Below, piece by piece: positions 1 to 6,253 of a DNA stretch of 16,901 nucleotides. This stretch comes from Cyanobacteria bacterium J06626_4. GTDB lineage: Bacteria; Cyanobacteriota; Cyanobacteriia; Phormidesmidales; Phormidesmidaceae. Positions within the stretch are counted from its first letter, which is position 1, and each line of letters opens with the position of its first letter. The stretch spans positions 1 to 16,901 of the forward strand of contig JBCBJQ010000121.1 of assembly GCA_038523235.1 (NCBI GenBank), in the 5' to 3' direction. The notes beneath the pieces were generated by a model. That model was not told the origin of the DNA, searched no databases, and saw nothing but the letters and a program-made list of their open reading frames with translations. The translations under genes were made by a program, and so were the position numbers.

Positions 1-348
1 GACTAGGTCGCGGTTTACGATGTCTTAGCGTAAGTGGCTTTCGATGAGCTACGTCGCGAGAACTTGGACAAGGATGCGGTCAACTTCGATGAGCTGCGTC
101 GCGAAAACCTGGACAAGGACGCTGTTTACGAAGTCTTAGCCAAAGTGAATTTCGATGAGCTACGTCGCGAGAACTTGGACAAGGATGCGGTCAACTTCGA
201 TGAGCTGCGTCGCGAGAACCTGGACAAGGACGCCGTTTACGAAGTCTTAGCCAAAGTGGATTTCGATGAGCTACGTCGCGAGAACCTGGACAAGGATGCG
301 GTCAACTTCGATGAGCTGCGTCGCGAGAACCTGGACAAGGACGCTGTG
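1..348 (+). repeat. Hierarchical tandem repeat: 42-nt core in alternating 45-nt and 66-nt units (111-nt higher-order unit)
   Basis: The core ttcgatgagct(a/g)cgtcgcga... starts at 40, 85, 151, 196, 262 and 307. Linkers alternate between aac and tacgaagtcttagccaaagtg(a/g)at. A diverged partial unit lies at 1-39. Confidence 0.95.
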
Positions 349-357
349 GCTGCTTAA
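34..357 (+). CDS. Tandem-repeat protein of unknown function (6x FDELRRENLDKDAV); true start uncertain and possibly outside the window
   Basis: Frame +1 is open from 34 to TAA 355-357. All nucleotide differences among the six 42-nt cores are synonymous in this frame (cta/ctg, gag/gaa, ttg/ctg, gat/gac, gcg/gct/gcc, gtc/gtt/gtg). GTG at 34 has no obvious RBS, and the repeat continues upstream with two in-frame stops. Confidence 0.65.
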   Translation: MAFDELRRENLDKDAVNFDELRRENLDKDAVYEVLAKVNFDELRRENLDKDAVNFDELRRENLDKDAVYEVLAKVDFDELRRENLDKDAVNFDELRRENLDKDAVAA

Positions 358-384
358 TGAGCTGCATGGCGACTCACAGGATTG

Positions 385-438
385 CCCCTGCTGCCCGGCG
401 CTGATCTAATTCCCGTCGGGCAGAGTGGGGATGTTTTT
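385..438 (+). terminator. Probable intrinsic terminator downstream of the repeat-protein gene
   Basis: Stem ctgcccggcg (391-400) pairs with cgtcgggcag (414-423), with outer cccc/gggg, followed by atgttttt. Confidence 0.55.
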
Positions 439-554
439 GACCAATCGCGTATGCCTCAAGTCCTCACTGGTTCGTGGCAGTCGGGAGACTTGAGCAGCGC
501 TCAACAGGCTTGATGCGGGAACTCCGGGTAGTTTCAATCATCGACCGCATCAGG

Positions 555-583
555 GCTCCAGTCAGCAATGGCTGGAGTTTTTC
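555..583 (+). terminator. Intrinsic terminator with GCAA tetraloop
   Basis: gctccagtca-gcaa-tggctggagt followed by a T run (G-U pairs allowed). Confidence 0.6.
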
Positions 584-600
584 TTAGGGGGCACGAGTTG

Positions 601-624
601 GCCGCAGGGCGGCTGCGGTTTTTT
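601..624 (+). terminator. Short intrinsic-terminator-like hairpin
   Basis: gccgcag-ggcgg-ctgcggt followed by ttttt. Confidence 0.45.
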
Positions 625-676
625 GCCTCCTTTCACACCCTGTCTTCTCGCCGATATCGCTCAGTTGCCAGCTTGG

Positions 677-1180
677 TTAGGGACACCCTAAGCTGTCACG
701 GGTGGCGACCCCAGTGACCGAATTCGTGCCGGTCGCGCGATCGCACATTCTAGAAATCTGGTAACGGTCGAGGATGGTGCCGCTAAAATCAGCGCCGTCG
801 ATAGTGGCCTCGCTAAAGGTCGAGCTGGTCATGATGGCATCGACCACGATCGCATCGGTCAGGTCAGCGCCGTCAAAGATCACGCGATCTGCAAAGGATT
901 CGGTTAAATTCACTCCCGGCATATGCGCTTTATAAAAAGAGCCCTTCGTTAAAATCGTCTGACTCAAATCAGCGCCCGCAAAATCCGCTTCCCGGGCGTC
1001 TGCTGCTGCCAAGGATGAGCCGGTCAGGTCTTCGCCGACAAACGAACGATGCCCCAAATCGGCGTAGGTGTAATCTTCCACCGCGATCGCGTGCCCCGGC
1101 AGGCCCGTCAGTCCTAGCAGCAGCGCTACTAAGCCCATCCCTGCGCCAATTGCCCGCGCCCACCGATGAAATCCCATCAT
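677..1180 (-). CDS. Pentapeptide repeat protein, thylakoid-lumen/periplasmic type
   Basis: Signal peptide ending in AIA; A(D/N)Lxx pentapeptide repeats (ADFAG ADLSQ, ADLTD, ADFSG); C-terminal C...GTNSVTGVATRDSLGCP disulfide cap typical of cyanobacterial/plastid lumenal pentapeptide proteins. The start may be 1177. Confidence 0.9.
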   Translation of the reverse strand: MMGFHRWARAIGAGMGLVALLLGLTGLPGHAIAVEDYTYADLGHRSFVGEDLTGSSLAAADAREADFAGADLSQTILTKGSFYKAHMPGVNLTESFADRVIFDGADLTDAIVVDAIMTSSTFSEATIDGADFSGTILDRYQISRMCDRATGTNSVTGVATRDSLGCP

Positions 1181-1464
1181 TTTATTTGGCCAACCATAAC
1201 GTTCTGTAGTCTTACTGTACGCAAATCACCTGCCAATGGGCAAAGGCTGCTGTCTCATGAGCGGCGACGTTAAGACCACGGGGATCAGTCGAGGTGGCTC
1301 GCTGCTGTAGATCGAGTCTCACCGTCAGCTCTCTCCTGGCTTGAACCCGCTACCCAGTGGGGCAACTGGATTTCTCTGCCCACATTGCTGCCGCTGTGGC
1401 CTCTTTCTGGGGGATGATGAGGGCAGCTTTACAGATGTGTTGCTAACCGACGGGCTGGGCTGCC

Positions 1465-2292
1465 GTGATCGATATTGTGCAGGTAGATGCCTTTACTGAC
1501 CGCCCCTTTGCTGGCAACCCAGCGGCGGTGTGTATTTTGCCCCAAGCGGCTGATGCGGGGTGGATGCAGGCGATCGCGGCGGAGATGAACCTGTCAGAAA
1601 CGGCGTTCTTATACCCTCACCATGATGTTTATCAGCTGCGCTGGTTTACCCCCGCCGCCGAGGTCGCGTTGTGCGGGCATGCCACGCTGGCCAGTGCCCA
1701 TGTGCTTTGGAGCCAGGGGGCGCTCGACCTGACTGCCGAGGCCCGGTTTCACACCCAAAGTGGGCTGCTGACGGCCACTCAAAACGACGGCTGGATCACA
1801 CTCAACTTTCCGGCGCAGCCGGTGACGGCAACTTCTGCCCCGCCCGAACTGCTCAAAGCGCTGCGCGGCCTGCAGCCGGTTGCTGTCGGCTATGGCGGTA
1901 CGCGAGCATCGACCTATTTGGCCGAGCTCCCTTCAGAAGATCATGTGCGATCGCTGCAGCCTGATTTGGCCATGATGCGGCTGTTGCCTGCCCGAGGCGT
2001 GATCGTGACCGCCCGCGCCGAGGCCGCCGCCGTTGATTTTGTCTCGCGCTATTTTGCGCCTGCCATTGGGGTGAATGAAGACCCCGTGACCGGTTCGGCC
2101 CACTGTACGCTGGTGCCCTATTGGCAAACGCAGCTCCACCAATCTGAGTTTTTGGCGCAGCAGGTTTCGGCCCGAGGCGGTACGTTGAAGCTGCAAGCGC
2201 GGGGCGATCGCGTCTTCATCACCGGTCAGGCTGTGACTGTGATGACCGGAACGTTACTCTCTTCGCCTCCTGCTGACCCGTCCGCTGCCTAA
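1465..2292 (+). CDS. PhzF/YddE-family epimerase/isomerase (phenazine biosynthesis-like protein)
   Basis: Motifs VDAFTDRPFAGNPAAV, EMNLSETAF, LRWFTPAAEVALCGHATLA and EDPVTGSAHC. Confidence 0.93.
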   Translation: MIDIVQVDAFTDRPFAGNPAAVCILPQAADAGWMQAIAAEMNLSETAFLYPHHDVYQLRWFTPAAEVALCGHATLASAHVLWSQGALDLTAEARFHTQSGLLTATQNDGWITLNFPAQPVTATSAPPELLKALRGLQPVAVGYGGTRASTYLAELPSEDHVRSLQPDLAMMRLLPARGVIVTARAEAAAVDFVSRYFAPAIGVNEDPVTGSAHCTLVPYWQTQLHQSEFLAQQVSARGGTLKLQARGDRVFITGQAVTVMTGTLLSSPPADPSAA

Positions 2293-2313
2293 CCCGTAAC
2301 CCCCCATACCGGT

Positions 2314-3111
2314 ATGAATGAAGACATTGCCCATCGGGTATTTTTTGAACTCCATGCTGATCTGCCGCGAGAAGGCCCTGGTGATAACCATTTCACCACG
2401 ACTGCGTTTAATCTGCTGCCGCCCTTACCGCCGCAGCCACGCCTTTTAGACCTGGGCTGTGGCCCGGGCATGCAGACCGTGCAGCTGGCGCGACTCACTG
2501 ACGGCCACATCACGGCGGTCGATCTGCACCAGCCCTTTTTAGATCAGCTGCAGCAAGCTTTGGACAAGACGGATTTTGGCGATCGCGTGACGCCGCTCCA
2601 GGCTGATATGGCCGAGCTGCCCTTTGCGCCCGAAAGCATTGATCTGATTTGGGCTGAGGGCTCCGCCTACATTTTGGAATTTGGCGGGGCGCTGCGGACC
2701 TGGCGATCGCTGCTCAAGCCGACGGGCTATCTGGTCGCCTCCGAAATCACCTGGATGCGCCCCAACCCTCCCCAGCCCGTTCTCGACTTCTGGGCTGAGG
2801 AATACCCCAACATGCAAAGCTTGGAAGCCAACATCACGCTGATTAAAGGCTTGGGCTATTTACCCACGGCTCATTTTTTGCTGCCGGAGGCGGCTTGGTG
2901 GCAGCATTACTACACGCCGCTAGAGCAGCGCGTCCAAACCTTGAAGGCGCAGTATGCCGACAATCCCGATGCCCTCGCCGTCATTGAGTCTCACCAGCAA
3001 GAAATGGACCTCTATCGCCGCTACTCCGACTACTACGGCTATGTCTTCTACATCATGCAGGTTGACTCGCTGAACCCGCCCTCAACGCTTTCTCTCGGGG
3101 CTGAAGGGTAG
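2314..3111 (+). CDS. Class I SAM-dependent methyltransferase
   Basis: Motif I LLDLGCGPG, AVD after strand 2, ADMAELPF, DLIWAEGS, LLKPTGYL. It lies 21 nt downstream of the PhzF-like gene, so probably co-transcribed. Confidence 0.9.
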   Translation: MNEDIAHRVFFELHADLPREGPGDNHFTTTAFNLLPPLPPQPRLLDLGCGPGMQTVQLARLTDGHITAVDLHQPFLDQLQQALDKTDFGDRVTPLQADMAELPFAPESIDLIWAEGSAYILEFGGALRTWRSLLKPTGYLVASEITWMRPNPPQPVLDFWAEEYPNMQSLEANITLIKGLGYLPTAHFLLPEAAWWQHYYTPLEQRVQTLKAQYADNPDALAVIESHQQEMDLYRRYSDYYGYVFYIMQVDSLNPPSTLSLGAEG

Positions 3112-3200
3112 AACTGTGTCCCCCGGCTCCCTGGGTTTCCTGGCATTTGCCAAATGGCAGGGGGGCAACGATGACGGAGAATTGAGATCAGAGCGGCTCT

Positions 3201-3431
3201 TCACCGGTTGGCTCTCTGCTGGCTAAACACAAACCACCACAGCTCCAGGCCGATTAGGCTCAAGCCGCCGCCGGTTACTAGGGCTTTGAGCCACAGCGGC
3301 TGCTCAATTTGCTGAAATTCGGCGGTGGGTGCGCTGTTGTGGGAGCTCATTTGGGCCGGTGTGCCGATGGCCAATCCGAGCACAAGCAGCAAGCCAATGA
3401 AGCTACTGAAGAGAGTGGAGCGGTGGCGCAT
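3201..3431 (-). CDS. Small two-helix membrane protein resembling the N-terminal part of cyanobacterial copA-associated cupredoxin-domain proteins
   Basis: The ATG at 3431 with GGGGA upstream is preferred over 3467. Hydrophobic N-terminus, then FQQIEQPLWLKALVTGGGLSLIGLELWWFVFS. Same strand and downstream of copA. Confidence 0.65.
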   Translation of the reverse strand: MRHRSTLFSSFIGLLLVLGLAIGTPAQMSSHNSAPTAEFQQIEQPLWLKALVTGGGLSLIGLELWWFVFSQQRANR

Positions 3432-3589
3432 TGAGTCATCCCCATTTGCAAAACTACAGCTCGACATTGGACTTCCCCCGTTTCGAGGCTCATTTCCGGT
3501 TTTCAGTTGAATCTGCGATCGCCGCCGGGGGCAGCGGGAATCAACGAAGCGGACTCAGACGGCGGCGATCGCTCTGAGAAATAGTCCAG

Positions 3590-5848
3590 TTAGGCATCAA
3601 ACCGAGGTCGAAACTGGCGCAGTCGCAGCGCATTTGTCACCACCGATACTGAGCTGAAGGCCATCGCTGCCCCGGCCACAATCGGACTGAGCAACCAGCC
3701 CAAAACGGGGTAGAGCACACCGGCGGCAATGGGAATCCCAGCGACGTTGTAGACGAAGGCAAAAAACAGATTTTGCCGAATATTTTGCATCGTGGCGTGG
3801 GAGAGCTGAATGGCGGTGACGATGCCCTGTAGATCGCCCGAAATCAACGTGATATCACTGGCGGCGATCGCCACATCTGTGCCTGTGCCAATCGCGATGC
3901 CCACATCGGCCTGAGCTAAGGCAGGGGCATCGTTAATGCCGTCGCCCACCATCGCCACCCGCTGGCCGGTGCGCTGCAGGGCGGCAATCTGAGCGGCTTT
4001 TTGGTCGGGGCGCACTTCGGGCATTACCTGGTGAATGTTAACCTCACGGGCGATCGCCGCCGCCGTGCGGCGATTGTCGCCTGTGAGCATGACCACTTCT
4101 AGTCCCATACGATGAAGACGATCAATTGCCTCAGCCGCTGATGGCTTCACTGCATCGGCAATGCCTAAGACAGCTTCCACCTGCCCCTCTACGGCCAGCC
4201 AAACCGCAGTTTTGCCAGCCTGCTCCAGTTCATCCCAGGCGGTTGTAAGCGGCTGGGTGTCAATGCCCAATTCTGCCATCCAGCGATAGGTGCCCATCTG
4301 CACCCAGTGCCCGGCGATTTCCCCTTGGACGCCACTCCCCGCGATCGCCGCAAAGTTTTGCGCTGCCACCAAGGTGACCTGCTGACGGTGGGCATAATCC
4401 ACCACTGCCGCCGCTAGGGGATGCTCGGAGAGTTGCTCTAGCGAACCGGCGAGTTCGAGCAGGGCCAATTCGTTGCCGTTGGCCGTGCCCTTCACGGTGA
4501 TGAAATCAGTGACGCTGGGCTGGCCGCGGGTGACGGTGCCGGTTTTATCCAGCACGATGGTTTTGAGGCTGTGGGCCAGTTCCAGGCTTTCGGCCCCTTT
4601 GATCAAAATGCCCTGCTCGGCCCCTTTGCCCGTGCCTACCATAATCGACGTCGGCGTCGCCAGACCCAGTGCACAGGGGCAAGCGATAATCAACACGCTG
4701 ACGGTGGTGATCAGCGCCAGCGTGACATTGCCCACCACGGTAAACCACGCCACAAACGTGACAATGGCCAGGGTGATGACTGCCGGCACAAACCAGCCCG
4801 TGATCTGGTCGGCCAAGCGCTGAATCGGCGCTTTGGAGCCTTGGGCCTGCTGCACGAGTTTAACGATCTGCGCCAAAAAGGTATCTTTGCCGACCCGCGT
4901 GGCGCGAAACTGAAAGCTGCCGGTTTGGTTCAACGTCGCGCCGATCACCTCATCGCCCGCCTGTTTTTGCACCGGTTGGCTCTCCCCCGTCACCATCGCT
5001 TCGTCTAAGGTAGAAGCCCCCTCAATGATTTCGCCATCAACGGGGACTTTTTCGCCTGGTCGTACCAGCACGATATCGCCGACCACGACGTCGGCGATCG
5101 CTACGTCAACCGGCTGTCCCCCCCGCAGGATGCGGGCCGTTTTGGCCTGCATGCCTATCAGTTGCCGAATTGCTGCCGAGGTTTGGCGGCGGGCGCGACG
5201 TTCGAGCAGTCGGCCCAATAGCAGCAGGGCAATAATGACGGCGGCGGCTTCAAAATACACGTCCGGCTGCAGCCCTTGAGCGACAAACCAGTGCGGGTAG
5301 AGTGTCGGCCACAGGGAATAGAGAAAGGCCGTGCCGGTGCCGATCGCCACCAAGGTATCCATCGTGGCGGTGCGATGCTTGAATGCCTTGCCCGCATTGA
5401 TAAAGAAGCTGCTGCCCGCCCACACCATCACTGGCGTCGTGAGCACGAGTTGGAGCCAGGCATTATGCAGCCACATGGGCCAGCCGGGAATCATCAGCCC
5501 GGTCATGGCGGGCACCGAGCCGATGACTAACAGCGCACTGATGGTTCCACTAAAGATGACTTTTCGCCGTAACTGTCGATCTGTGGCCGTCCGTTCCCGT
5601 TGTTCTGCGTCCGCTGCCGGTGCTAACACATCGTCGGTAGCGGTTTGGGCACCATACCCCGCCGCGGCGATCGCGGCTCGAATCTTACCCACGCTGGTTT
5701 GCTGAGCGTCATAGGTGACGGCGGCCTGCTCGGTGCCAAAGTTGACGCTGCCGGTGGTCACGCCGGGCACCGCCGCGATTACCTTTTCAATATTGCGGGC
5801 GCAACCGGCACAGCTCATGCCTTGTAGCTTAAACAGTTGTGTGGCCAT
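3590..5848 (-). CDS. copA: Cu(I)-transporting P1B-1 type ATPase (CopA/PacS)
   Basis: N-terminal HMA motif [43 protein letters not shown] and MAFSS copper-site residues. RBS AAGGAGG lies just upstream of the ATG at 5848. Confidence 0.97.
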   Translation of the reverse strand: MATQLFKLQGMSCAGCARNIEKVIAAVPGVTTGSVNFGTEQAAVTYDAQQTSVGKIRAAIAAAGYGAQTATDDVLAPAADAEQRERTATDRQLRRKVIFSGTISALLVIGSVPAMTGLMIPGWPMWLHNAWLQLVLTTPVMVWAGSSFFINAGKAFKHRTATMDTLVAIGTGTAFLYSLWPTLYPHWFVAQGLQPDVYFEAAAVIIALLLLGRLLERRARRQTSAAIRQLIGMQAKTARILRGGQPVDVAIADVVVGDIVLVRPGEKVPVDGEIIEGASTLDEAMVTGESQPVQKQAGDEVIGATLNQTGSFQFRATRVGKDTFLAQIVKLVQQAQGSKAPIQRLADQITGWFVPAVITLAIVTFVAWFTVVGNVTLALITTVSVLIIACPCALGLATPTSIMVGTGKGAEQGILIKGAESLELAHSLKTIVLDKTGTVTRGQPSVTDFITVKGTANGNELALLELAGSLEQLSEHPLAAAVVDYAHRQQVTLVAAQNFAAIAGSGVQGEIAGHWVQMGTYRWMAELGIDTQPLTTAWDELEQAGKTAVWLAVEGQVEAVLGIADAVKPSAAEAIDRLHRMGLEVVMLTGDNRRTAAAIAREVNIHQVMPEVRPDQKAAQIAALQRTGQRVAMVGDGINDAPALAQADVGIAIGTGTDVAIAASDITLISGDLQGIVTAIQLSHATMQNIRQNLFFAFVYNVAGIPIAAGVLYPVLGWLLSPIVAGAAMAFSSVSVVTNALRLRQFRPRFDA

Positions 5849-5860
5849 GGCGGCCTCCTT

Positions 5861-6044
5861 GAGGGAACAGTAGCGATCGCGGCTTTGATGGCCGTTTGCA
5901 AAACTGTCGTGGCGATACTCACCCCGGTTGAGTTTTCCGCTCAGTGGTTACTTGGGCCGTTGTCTCAATCTCTTGTATTACCGGCGTCACGGTCTGCCCA
6001 CAGGTTGCACAGATCAAATCGGGCACTGTCAACGCTACTGTCAT
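5861..6044 (-). pseudogene. atx1: Frameshifted copper metallochaperone (Atx1/CopZ, HMA domain)
   Basis: Manual translation from ATG 6044 gives [41 protein letters not shown], with the stop at 5921-5919. Chaperone-like sequence continues in the -1 frame from 5922 as [20 protein letters not shown]. It has a CxxC motif and sits between the operator and copA. Confidence 0.75.
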
Positions 6045-6071
6045 CGACAGGATGTCTAAATCGGGATTAGC

Positions 6072-6107
6072 TTCATTCTTGACTCTCTAGTGAACTAGAG
6101 AGTCAAG
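6072..6107 (-). promoter_or_regulatory. MerR/CueR-type operator-promoter of the copper operon
   Basis: Perfect inverted repeat cttgactctctagt-ga-actagagagtcaag (6078-6107). On the minus strand it reads TTGACT (-35), a 20-nt spacer containing the dyad, then AAGAAT (-10-like), about 30 nt before the atx1-like ATG. A long spacer with a dyad is the hallmark of MerR promoters. Confidence 0.8.
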
Positions 6108-6253
6108 GGGGGTAGGAGATCGGATTTTTAGGAATGCTGAGACGCTTTGATCTCGATGAGGGAGGCCGCTGACAGGACTAGAGATGCTGGCTGTGAGGCT
6201 TTAGCATGGATCGCCCATTAGTTATTTTTTCCTCAATCTTGACTTCGCGATGC

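Noticed and set aside
1..39. Diversity-generating retroelement variable region
   Set aside because: There is no reverse transcriptase in the window, the changes create stops, two changes are not at adenines, and an edge artefact is simpler.
1..348. CRISPR array interpretation of the repeat
   Set aside because: The intervening sequences are not unique (only aac or one 24-nt linker), all units are multiples of 3, core variation is synonymous, and there are no cas genes in the window.
34..357. Graspetide (microviridin/thuringinin-like) precursor call based on ExxDxD
   Set aside because: The cores lack the Thr/Ser donors typical of those families, and no ATP-grasp ligase or leader is visible. 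Kept only as a generic precursor hypothesis.
1206..1220. NtcA box (GTA...TAC) upstream of the pentapeptide gene
   Set aside because: The spacing is N9, not the required GTA-N8-TAC.
1465..2292. Phenazine biosynthesis cluster
   Set aside because: Only a lone PhzF-family gene is present, with no phzA/B, D, E or G. Stand-alone PhzF-like proteins are common.
969..5827. Numerous short alternative-frame or antisense ORFs within the pentapeptide, PhzF, methyltransferase and copA genes
   Set aside because: They are nested in or largely overlap well-supported genes in GC-rich DNA and have no independent motifs.
5837..6070. 77-aa plus-strand ORF upstream of copA
   Set aside because: It is antisense to the atx1-like pseudogene and has no recognisable features.
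6108..6253. Remnant of a divergent merR gene
   Set aside because: Only a 12-codon ORF (MLRRFDLDEGGR*) was found, with no MerR HTH similarity.
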